Origin: Cystobasidiomycetes sp. EMM_F5
Lineage: Eukaryota
Direction: 5' to 3'
DNA: 64,000 nucleotides
NCBI GenBank assembly: GCA_051047955.1
Contig: JBPGPT010000013.1
Location: forward strand, 186,001-250,000
The notes below the pieces were generated by a model that was not told the origin of the DNA, did no database searches, and saw only the letters and a list, made by a program, of their open reading frames with translations. Positions 50,425-61,933 of the stretch are shown here, one piece after another. Both the position numbers and the translations under genes were made by a program. Every line of letters begins with the position of its first letter. The first letter of the stretch is position 1.

Positions 50425-51457
50425 CTACCTTCGCATCAGGCATAGTCTCGCCTCGCGATAATCAGACTCTAGCCTTGTGCTCGGGCTTGTGGGTCCACTT
50501 CGCAAAATGTTGTGCACGTCGAGAGTATCAATAGTCTTTGCGTCCCAGTCCGCCAGCGGATAGTAACGCTGCGGATCTGCGCTGTATGGCGCGTGTGCAA
50601 ACAAAGGCATATCAAACTTGCCGTATCTGCTTTCGAGCTGGTTGTACTGGAATATGTCTTGCAGCTCGAATGCGTGCCGGGAAAGGACAACGTCAAAGGG
50701 TATCTGATGTGTGCCGCCGGCTCGCCTGTCGCGAAGTCTGAAGATTTGTTCTGTGCAGTTCCAACCTTGACATGCGTTCAAGAGGTGAACGTGAGTCGCA
50801 GTAGGCCAAATCCTAGTCATCTGCAAAAGCTGATTGTTGTCGAACTGCTTCAGCTGATTCGCATTTGAGAGGACAATGTCAGGTCGCCATGGTGGTTTGC
50901 AAGCTGTTGGGGGATTGCGAGGGCTGCAGAGATGCACCGTGAAAGAATGTATGTTGCTGAGGATTGCAGTGAGCTCTTCGTATTCTTCGTCTTCGCCGGC
51001 TGCAGCCATCCACATCAATCAGCGTACAGATCCAACCCTACCCAAATGATTACTCCAACCTACCGGATTGTTTGACTATAAGCCACTTGGTCGGAGTGAG
51101 CCATTCAGGGGGCAACTTCCAATCGAATGGCGATGCGCCATTCTCCGAGTCATGCAAACTCCCATACCAAGCTGGATGTTTGCCAGTCGTTTCGAGTTGG
51201 TGAAGGATGTAGCTCTTTGCAGGTCGTATCACAGGAGAGTGTCGCCGACTGCGCGTGATGTCGTAGCTGCGGACATTCGCTTCATTGTACGAATGTCTGT
51301 ACGAATGTCGTAGCAGACCGTTATACACGACCTCTAAGAGCTGAGCCAAGACGAGCAGCGGCAGAAGTAAGGGTATCAGGCGTCTGAGACGCTGCGAGCG
51401 TGATGGTAGAGGATTGCGAATGGAGATCAGCGTAGACCCGTACACGGAGCCGTACAT
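50425..51457 (-). CDS. Hypothetical type II membrane or secreted protein (one intron)
   Basis: RLRR followed by hydrophobic LIPLLLPLLVLAQLLEVVY; two ORFs joined by a GT-AG intron near 51020-51062. Confidence 0.55.
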
Positions 51458-51712
51458 GATTTTATTTCAGCCTGTCACACCGTCATCTGAAGACCTCGAA
51501 AGGCAAGGTTCGTCCATGGATCCTTTGTGACGGGAATGCGCCCAAACGAGCTCATCGCACCGGACGCGCAGCACACCCGTCCAAACACTATCAGTTACCC
51601 TTCGATTAGCATTAGCCATGTTAGTCGAGTCAGCCATGGAATGAAATGGCGCGTCTTGCAACAAAGTTCAGTCTCTGACTTGACTTTGACGTTTCGCGGT
51701 TGCCGTTCTTGC

Positions 51713-54700
51713 ATGCTGCGCACCAGACACTCGATATTCCTGCTACCACGCTCCTTCAGACGCCCACTGCCACGCCAATACGCTGACTGGCAGCATATCC
51801 AACTCCAGACTGCTTCCGCAACATCCAGTATAGCTATGGCTACCCCCGTCAAGCCAGAGTCGGCCGTCAAGGCTGGGAAACGGCAGGAAGGCCACTGGCA
51901 GCTTCCGCAGTCGTCGGGCCAGCAGCACAGCTTGAAGGTCTGGAACTCGCTCACTCGCTCAAAGGTAAGTTGTCAGGCCGGTTTTCGAAAGAAACGATAT
52001 AACCATGCGATCAAGGCGTCGTGAGAAGAATGGTTTAGCTGACACTGCCGTCGTATTACTGCTGACATTGTCCAGGTCGACTTTGTCCCCGTCCGAGACC
52101 GGCACATCACTTGGTGCGCCTGGAAATCTGGACAGGTTGCATGTCTAGGCTGATGGGGATGATTTGCATCAAAGGTACAACTGCGGACCGACAGTCTACG
52201 ATGCTTCTCATATGGGACATGCAAGGTGACTGGCGGCGTAGATTCACTTGTACTCTGAATAGTCCTAATCCTTGTCCACGCGCTGCAGAAACTATGTTAC
52301 CCAAGATGTCCTGCGAAGGATACTGCGCGACTACTTTGGCTACAATGTTCACTTTGTGATGAACGTTACCGATATCGATGACAAGGTGGGTAATGTCGCG
52401 CCAAGGCCCGGCGCACGAATGAATCTGTGTCGCGTCAGATTATCGTCCGCGCAAGACAGCAACACTTGTACTCTCAATATCGCGATGAGCAAACAGGCCT
52501 ATCCCCGCAGCTTGTTTCGGAAGTTCAAGACGCATGGCAGGCGTACTTTGATAAATTCACAAAAGGTCTGACTACGCCGGTCGCGGTGGATGGCGTCGCT
52601 TCAACTTCGTCCTCCGCTGAGGCCTTCACATGGGACAGCCTGAATAGCAGGATACAGTCTGATGCAGCTTGGTTGAGCACAAACAAAGAAAGTAACGAAA
52701 AGTTCGTCCTTCATATGGAGACTTTGGCTGCCACTCGAGCAGCATTGGCGACAGCACGAGCAGATCTTGACAGCGGGAGGATGGGTCAGCAGAATGCATG
52801 GACGTTGCTCGACGCTTCAAGGGATATTGTTAGCGCATGGCTGGACAAGAAGAGCGGGAGTACGGTAACGGACCCTGCCATCTTTCGAGCGTTGGCTGCT
52901 TACTGGGAAAAGTCATTCTTTGAAGATATGGAAAAACTTCATGTGGACCCTCCGACGACGCTTACCCGCGTGTCGGAGTATGTGCCAGAAGTCGCTGCGT
53001 TCGTTCAGACAATCGTCGAGAAAGGATTTGCTTACGCGACTCAGGACGGCAGCGTCTATTTTGATGTTGCTCGGTTCGATGGAGCTAACAGTCAGCAGTC
53101 TGACACATTGCAGAACGGCCATACGGACAGCTGGTGCCACACGTATGCAAAGCTACAACCGTGGAACAAGAGCAATAGGGCGCTCCTGGACGATGGAGAG
53201 GGTTCGCTCACAACTACTGCAGAAGCATTGAAAGAGAAAAAGTCTCCATCAGACTTTGCTCTATGGAAAGCAAGTAAACCGGGAGAGCCTGCTTGGGACA
53301 GTCCGTGGGGCCCTGGTCGTCCAGGCTGGCATATAGAATGCTCAGTAATGGCATCCGAGATTCTCGGAGACAAAATGGACATACATTCCGGAGGGATAGA
53401 TTTGGCATATCCACACCACGACAACGAGATGGCACAAAGTGAAGCCTTTCACGATTGCCGGCAATGGGTAAACTATTTCTTGCATACGGGGCATTTGCAT
53501 ATAGAAGGCTTGAAGATGTCTAAATCGCTAAAAAACTTCATCACAATCGACGAGGCTTTACAAAAGAGCTCGGCACGCCAACTTCGCCTGGCTTTCTTGC
53601 TACAGCCCTGGAACGCAAGAATGGACTACAAAGAGAGCGGTATGGCGGAAGTCAAGTCTATCGAAGGCACCTTGAACGTAAGCTCTATCGGGCGTAAAAC
53701 ATGTATGTTTTGCTGATTGGAACAAAATGCAGAAATTCTTCACTACCGTGAAAGCTTTTGTAGCCGAGGGGACAGCCAACCAGTCTGTCGGCAAACATAC
53801 GTACGCTCACAGCGAAAGGGCCTTGATGGCTAGGTGAGTCGCACTTAGCTAGCTTGTAGACAAGGTTGCTGATCCGCGAATCTTTCTGCGACATCAGCCT
53901 GGCAGATGCGCAATCCGGCTTCCATGAAAAGCTTTGCGATTCATTCAATACTCCTGACGCTATGCAAATACTGCTAGACCTGGTTTCGTCAGCAAACGTG
54001 TACATCAACTCGCGGAGTAGATCAGAGACGAATGTGGATCTCCTTGCCAACACCTCTGAATGGGTGACGAAGATGCTGCGCTTATTCGGTTTGGGCGAAG
54101 GGCCGGAGATCGATTCGATGAGCAAGCGAGTTATAGGCTGGGGTCAGGCACAACGACAAGGCGCAAACGGCTCTGGTTTGAAAGACGTGAGTGCGGCTAT
54201 ATATTTGCCGACTAGTTGGAACTAATAAGCCGCGTCGTCTCAGCGCGAAGCACTTCTTATGCCGTACTTACGGGCACTATCCACCTTCCGAGATGGTGTG
54301 CGGCAGCTAGCGCTCGGCAATGCAAAATTGTCTGAGATATTAGAGCTTTGTGATCGTTTGCGAGATCAAGATTTGGTCGACCTCGGCGTGGCACTCGATG
54401 ATCAAGAAGGTAATGTTCAGTAAAACAATCTTACATGTAGCCTTGTCCACACTGCTGACGCTACTGGCGGCAGACGGCAAAGCCCTAGTTAAGCTAGCAC
54501 CCGCCGAACAGCTGAGAGCTGCGCGAGACGAGAAGGCCGCTGCTATTCGCAAGAAGGCCGAGCAGAAGGCCGCTAGCCAGGCAGCTGCTGAAGCGAAGAA
54601 ACGAGAGAAACTGGAAAAGGGGCGTCTTGCACCGCAGGAAATGTACAAGAGCGGGGCTTTTGCGACGGAATTTTCCAAATACGACGAGGACGGTCTGCCT

Positions 54701-54814
54701 ACGCATGATGCGCAAGGCGAGGAGGTCAGCAAGAGCCGCGCGAAGAAGCTCAAAAAGGACTGGGACGCTCAAGCTAAATTGCACGAAGCCTTCTTAGCTG
54801 ATCAATCCAAATGA
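51713..54814 (+). CDS. Cysteinyl-tRNA synthetase (ATG 51713 adds a presequence; ATG 51836 gives the short form)
   Basis: YNCGPTVYDASHMGHAR, NVTDIDDK, DFALWK, GRPGWHIECS, YPHHDNE, KMSKS. Confidence 0.96.
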
Positions 54815-55196
54815 TTATGCGCTCATTTCCTCCCACCTGGTCGCCACATTTCGTACTTTATCAGTGATTCAGCTTGGTCTTTACTGTTGGTCATGTTAGT
54901 GCAGAAACGTGGGGCAGTCTCCTATTGCAACAATGGTCCGTTTTGTCAGTTGCAGCGTCCCGAGATGCGCAGCAGAGAAGTTCGACATTAGCGCGGACAT
55001 GAAGATGATATTCAGCGGAATGGTCACGATGTCCTCCTTCAACAGTGTTCGTTCTATCAAATTTTCGAGTCATGACATCGCTTGAAAACGCGAGACTGGA
55101 TTGAACGGGCTTCTATTCTTAATTTCCTGATACCTTAGATCGACAAATCCGCACCCTTGTGTTCCGTAGCGCTCGAGCGTCGTATATTTTCGCAAT

Positions 55197-57564
55197 TTAG
55201 GCAAGGTAAGTCGAAGCTGTAAATGAAATGGCTCATTGTGTCAGTACACATTCGTGGAATCATGGAGTCATGTACTGACCCGACACATTGCCTCCGCGAC
55301 CGGTCCAGTTGGTATGTACATCCTGACCGGCTTTGCTTCCTGCAAACTGTGGCAAGAGTCTGTAGGTGTGTGCACCAAAGTAGTCACGCTGAGCCTGGAG
55401 CAGAGAAGCGGGCAGGCGTTCTGTGCGGTAACCATCAAAGAACGATAGCGCCGTTGAAAAGGCCGGGGTAGGGATGCCCCAGAGTGCGGATTGTGCGACG
55501 ATGCGTCTCCATCCTTCCTGAGCCTGGTGGATGGCCTTGTTGAAGAAGCCATCAAACAAGAGGTTTTCAAGTTTCTGATCCTTCTTGAAGGCTGCGGTGA
55601 TATCGCCAAGGAAGACGGAACGGATGATGCAACCACCGCGCCACATCAGAGCAATGCCGGCGTAGTTGAGATCCCAGTTGTACTGGTTGGCCGCTTCGCG
55701 CATGAGCATGAAGCCCTGCGAGTACGAGATGATCTTGGAGGCGTAAAGCGCCTGCTCTAGGTCGTCGATGAATTGTTGCTTGTCACCCTTGAAGGCCTCA
55801 ATGGTAGGACCGCCAATGACCTTGGAGGCGCGGGTTCGCTCCTCCTTGAGAGAGGAGAGGCATCGAGCGAAAACAGCCTCGCCAATCAGAGTGACGGGCA
55901 TACCTTGTTACACCAATCTCATCAGCCAAATTCTTTCACAAACGCCCCATTCTCAACTTACCCAGATCTAAAGCATTGATGGCAGTCCACTTGCCGGTAC
56001 CCTTCTGACCGGCCGAGTCGAGAATCTTGGTGACGAGCGGTACTCCATCCTCGTCATTGTACTTGAGAATATCTCTTGTAATCTCAATGAGGAACGAGTC
56101 GAGAACGCCCTTGTTCCACTTTGTAAAGACGTCTGCAATCTCGGCCTCCTTCATGCCTAGACCCTGCTTCATGATCTGGTACGCTTCGCAGATGAGCTGC
56201 ATGTCGCCGTATTCGATACCGTTGTGGACCATCTTGACGTAGTGACCGGCACCCGCTTGGCCGACCCAGTCGCAGCATGCTATACACGCAGATCACGTCA
56301 GATGTAGCATCGCATACTGTACCAGTCTGACTCACGCTGGCCGTCAGTCTGAGCGGCAGTCTTCTGGAATATCTCCTTGATGTGTGGCCACGCAGCTGGC
56401 GAACCACCGGGCACTGCAAAGCAAGCAGGGCTCCATACATCAGTATGCATAGACGTGCGCTCCGCTAGAGGTGTCTAGACATACTGAGAGATGGTCCGTA
56501 GCGAGCACCTTCCTCCCCACCGGATACACCGGATCCTACAAAGAGGAGACCCTTTGCTTCCAACTCGTCCATGCGGCGGTTGGAGTCGGGATAGTGGCCT
56601 GACGAAGACAGTGTGTCAGACGTAATGAAGTAGAACTCCAGCAGGCGTATACGCACTGTTTCCTGTGTGTCGTTTGTGTGGAAGTAGTATGCACGTCGTG
56701 CGTCAGCTATGGGCCATTTTCCGCAGACTCGCGGTGTAGCAGAATCTACGAACCTCTGTAGACAGGCGCAGGAAGAGAGATGGTCAGATTTCCGATTCCC
56801 TCGCAGTACTGTGGGACGGCCTCACCCGTCAATGATGATATCGCCCTTTTCGAGGTGGGGAACGAGCTGCTCGATAAAGTCGTCTACGGCTTTACCAGCT
56901 TTAACGAGGAGGACAATCTTTCGGGGAGTCTTTAGCTTTGAGCATAGCTCCTCAATCGAGTGTGCCCCGATAATGTTTGTTCCCTTTGCCTCGTTTTCGA
57001 GAAAGTGGTCTACTTTGGAGACTGTCCGGTTGTAGGCGACGACGGTAAAGCCCTTGTCGTTCTGACGCGGGTAAAGAGTAGGCTGTCAGCTCGGTGCTGA
57101 TTCAAAGGGCCGCCAGACTAACCATGTTGAGGATCAGGTTCTGACCCATGACTGCGGGGCAATAAACGGCGGTATCAGCATGTCAACTGCGAGCAACCAA
57201 CCCGTTGCGCTGTGATGACTGCGACGGAGCTCGACGCTATCGCCCATTTCTGCCCTTTGAATGGCCGTCGAGCCCTCGGTCATCACAGGAACGAGCAAAT
57301 TGAATGCGACCCACCCGCGAGGCCAATGAGCTGAAATAAGAAACCAGAACACACTCAGCCTGACATGCTCCGGCCACCCTCGTAGCTCTGCCCACTTACG
57401 CCGATATCACCACTGGTGACCCAACCATTCGCGGGCGGGACAGGATACGAGGATTTGATTTGATTTGATTTGACGGCAGAGGGGTATCGCGAAAAGGTCA
57501 GTCTGCGTGCTTTCTCTATCCTCCACTGGATGACCACCCACACTGCTCCCGACTTGCTGGCCAT
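55197..57564 (-). CDS. GND1: 6-phosphogluconate dehydrogenase, decarboxylating
   Basis: [63 protein letters not shown]. Confidence 0.97.
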
Positions 57565-58171
57565 TTTGCTGTCTGATCTGAGATGCCTCGATATCCTTTC
57601 GAGCCGTGCCTGCAGAATGGTGGGCTGGCTGGGGAGCCGTCTCAGCGAGGTGCATCCTGGATATCGTCGATATCCTCGTCGCCGCCGTCGTCGCTGATGC
57701 CCGCTCACTCTTTGCTGCCCAACTTGTGCGTTGTCGTCTGCTCAAGCTGCGGATATCAACGGCAAACTTGCAATTATTATTCTCAGATATGTTGCAAAGG
57801 GTTATAACATGCTGGTAATCAGACGTGCAGTCTCACTGCGACACGCCGCAGGGCTCGTCCGCACCGCACCGCTTCCCGTCTATCTGTACTGTACACGTTG
57901 CTGCCATGCTCACTGCTTTTTGGGGGAACGATACTCGGCGGGGAATAGGCCCAGGCTTGACGTCGCAGTGTCTCGACTGCACAGCGACGACCATGACACT
58001 TGCCCGTAAAGCCGGCTTGCAGCTTTCGGTCGATCCTCGCGTGAACTCGAAAGCGGAGATGATTCCGATACAGCTCGAGTCTGCATGATCGTCCCGCATG
58101 TCGTAAGGCTGTATAGATAATGCCCGTACTTTTACCGTCGTGCAGGATGAATTACGTCGAAACCGCCGGCA

Positions 58172-59795
58172 CTACTCTTCCTTGTCGTCGGCAGGTACAG
58201 GTGACCCTGGTTCAGAGTCATCGCTGTAAAATTTGAAAGCACACCATCATCAACCTCGACCAGCCTATCCATCGCATCGGATACCCATCACTCACCTTTC
58301 ATCGTCACTTCTAGAATCCTCTGCCCCTCCACCCAATACTACCCCTAGCGCCACTTTTACAATCATAAAGAACCACATGACGAGTAGAAGCTGGAGCGCC
58401 GTCAACAGACCGATAAAGATGTACCTCGTCTTTTCGTTCCAAAAGTGTTCCCTCTCCCACGACCAGTCGTATGCAATGTACGTGTTGAGCTCAAACACGA
58501 CAGAAAGGTAGACCAGGTTGTACAGCCAGTGACGCGTGATGATCCACCCTACCATAAAGACTACAAACCCGACATTGCACGCCGTCTCATACCCGAGATA
58601 TTTGAAGTGCTTTGCAATTGCGAGCAGGACATCGCTCGGGTCCATCAGAATCAAAATGACGTTACCGACGCGTGTAAAGTTGAACGTGTAGGAGAGAGAT
58701 AAGAGTGACACTGTGAGGATGTGGTGGGCGAGCATCTGTCAAAAAGATGCATTCAGTCTGAGCTTCTTGGCGTGCTTCACGTTGACAAACCTGATAGTAA
58801 TCTTTCCGCCGCTTCTCCATGTTGACAGAGATGATCTGATGCAACCAGAAACCAGCGTGAGCGAGATAGTACGTTTTCATCTGCCAAGTGAGCTGATAGT
58901 GAGGATAGTCCTGCCACAGTCCAGCGAGGTTAAAGTTTCGATATGGCGAGTGCTGCATGATCCACACTCCGCATGGACAGATTATGCCAAAATAGACTAT
59001 GTTCCACCCTTGTTCCCCGAACCGCAACTGGGTCGAGACTTTGTACACCCCGCCTGCTTTTGCCAGAGGGACCCAAAAGAAGCGTATCGTCGCCTCGCGT
59101 AGGAATGTAAATGCAATGACCCAGAAACAAACAATGTACACGTCGTCTATTCCTTTGAGGTAGAGCGCGTTACTCGCACTGCTCGACGGCGCCAGGCGCG
59201 TATAATTGCTAGTGCCGTTGGCCGCAGCCGAGGGCATCTGATACGAGAGGTGTAGGAATTTTGACGAGAGGGTCGATAAGTGGTACGACGGCAGTCGTGT
59301 ATGGTGTGACGATATCGTCTGAGGCGATGGATACAGCTGGTCTGCGAGCATGAGGACTGCGAGCGGCAGTCCACATATTCCTGCAGGGAAATTGGGCAGC
59401 AGCGCATCAGTCGCAAATTACACGAGCACGCCTGCTTGGGACAACCCACGCAAGATCCAGTTGCTCGTCTGCTGCTGCTCGAGTCTCCGCCTGCTCGTCG
59501 GCTCAGCTCGTCGTGTCCACCTCGCTGGCGATGTTGCTGCTGGCGCATATTGTTGACCTGCTCCGGCGCCAGCGTACCCGTTGCCCAGGACTGGCGTGCT
59601 GGATCCCGAGCCATTGGGCGTCCCGTTCATCAGCGAGCCAGGCAGCTCGTCCAGCTCTGCGACGCTGCCGCCGTTGACGCTCCGACGTTTCAAAGATCCA
59701 TCTCGGACAGTGACGGCGCTCCCAGAGCCGTCCGCCTTGACTGTCCTGCTGCTTCCACTCCGTCTGCCTGCGCCAGAAGGTGTAGAGACCATCAC
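58172..59795 (-). CDS. Ceramide synthase, Lag1/Lac1 (TLC domain)
   Basis: RFGEQGW; EKRRKDYYQ|MLAHH; GNVILILMDPSDVLL; AEDSRSDDE. Confidence 0.92.
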
Positions 59796-59985
59796 ATGCG
59801 GCAGATTGTCTTGTTGGCAGGATGTGAACGGACGTGGTCAAGGTCTCAACTTGTTTCATGGTAAACTTGACCTCGTTTATTGGAGACAACACGGCAACTA
59901 AGCACAGACTACACACAACATGCGCACACTGACGGAATCCTGCTGAAACTGCGGTATCGTTTCCAACTAGATCATTTGGCACGAT

Positions 59986-61762
59986 TCAGGCACGATGCAC
60001 GTAACTGAAGCGCGAAGGGCAAGCTCGTCAATGGAGATTAGCGTCGCTTCAAGCTACTCTGACTCACGTCGCGTCAATCTGTCCGACTTGCGGAAGGGCA
60101 AGCATAATCTTGCGGCGGTAGTTGCCGCCCAGCGAGGCTTCTATCGGGTTGCCCTCAAGATAGACAGTCTCCAGGTTCTTGAGCCCGCTCAGCTGCGGCT
60201 CGACTTGTTGAAAGTCGGAGATGGCATTATGATTCGCCTGTCACGCAAATTCAGCCGAAGAAACAAGTGATTGTGAAGAAGATCCTACCCAAAATTCCTC
60301 AAGTTCTGATAGATGGGCAATGTTTTCGATATCCTTGATGTAGTTGTTACCAATGTCCAGGACGCGAAGTTTCGTCTAGTGAAACCGTCCCACTCAGCTT
60401 CATCATATGCAATGTATAAGGTATACTTCAACATACATTATTTTCCAGGCCCTCCAGCTTCTTGATGCCATTGTGACTTAGATACACCTCTTCCAGCGAG
60501 GTGAGTTCCTCCAGCCCTTCTATCTTCATGATACGATTACTTTGTATTGACAGAATCTTTAGATTGCGCAGTGTGGACATGCCGTCCAGTTTGGTAATCT
60601 TGTTCTTGCCCAGCCATAGCTCCGTCAAATTCACACACGACGAAAGATTTTCTATCGTCTTGATTGCGGTTGCATTCTTAGCTCTGCGATTTCGCGCTCA
60701 AAGCGAGCTGTTCTCACCCTGAGCTTGTTGCCTCCAAACTCTATGCTTGTGAGTGACGACGCGATATTATCCAGACCTTCGATCATCGATATCTTGTTTT
60801 GGATAAAGTATAGCATGCCCAAGCTCTCCATCCCGCTAAGCTGATCTTTCGGTACTCTGCGGAGCAGATTGAACGACAGATCCAAAGATCTGAAGAGAGA
60901 TGGGCGTGAGATTGCCTTTTTAACAAACACAGGTAGTATATGGTTGAACGAACTTCAACTTTTTGAGCCCCTTGAGGCCTTTCACAGACGGTAGCCGGTT
61001 GTCGTACAAGTCTAGTTCCTCCAGCTCGCTCAGCTCCCCGATGGGCATGCTTCCATCGTCCAGGACTAACGATGAGAGCAGATTCTGCCGTAAAGATAGA
61101 CGCTGTGATGGAGACATCAACATCACAGGCAGCCTGTCTTTGGACACCCAAATGAACTTACTTTGACACTGTGCCTGAAGCGTTCCAGACGCAACTTGTT
61201 CAAAGACCTCAACCGGGCGTGCGTGAGTTCGAGTTCCTTTAAGATTAGTCGCATCAACGAACGAATTCACGAAGCCTGGCCTCCATGCAATTTGAAATTA
61301 GCCCACCTCGGTGTCGTCTTCATAATCTCCGAGTAGGTCTGTTTGATGCGGTCATAGGGTGCCACGATGAAGACAAGGTCAGTCTGAAGCGCTGTAGCTG
61401 CGACCTCGGCTGCTTCATATGAGCACACCCAGAGAATCTTCATCGTCTGCAGCTGCTTCCTGCTGTCCACTGCCATCGCGTTCAGCTATCCGGCGATTAT
61501 CCTCAAACTGCCGCTCGTCGAGCTGCGCAATTTTCGCAGCCAGTCCGCCTTCAGTCTTGACAGGCCCATCAAATTCCGAGTCTGCATCAGACTCTTGGTC
61601 GCCGTCTTGCACGTCGTTTTCGTCCTGTCTGGATATGCTCGGAATGCCGCGTACAGCTGGCGGCAGTTCCCCAACAAGACGAGCCCTCCGACCATCTTTG
61701 CTGCTCCCGTCCAGTTGTGTGCTCTGCGACGTCGAAGCTTCGAACCGCTCATGGTCTTGCAT
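59986..61762 (-). CDS. SDS22: PP1 regulatory subunit Sds22 (LRR)
   Basis: LSLRQNL, LEELDLYDN, LDLSFN, LWLGKNKI, LSIQSNRI, YLSHNGI; LRRcap TVYLEGNP..YRRKIMLALPQVGQIDAT. Confidence 0.92.
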
Positions 61763-61933
61763 GTTTGGTTGCAGCGTCAAGTTGCAATGGCATCAGATCC
61801 ATTGCAAGCTATTCCACAAGCTGAACCAAGTCGATACATGCTCATCAAGTCAACTACATAGATTAGATGTATGAATCTATGTGCAATTACTGGCTACAGA
61901 TAGCCCAGGCGGCGAGTTTCAAGCTCGGAGGGC

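Noticed and set aside
57155..57313. TPP riboswitch in the structured 6PGD intron
   Set aside because: No CUGAGA or other TPP aptamer core motif, and the host gene is unrelated to thiamine
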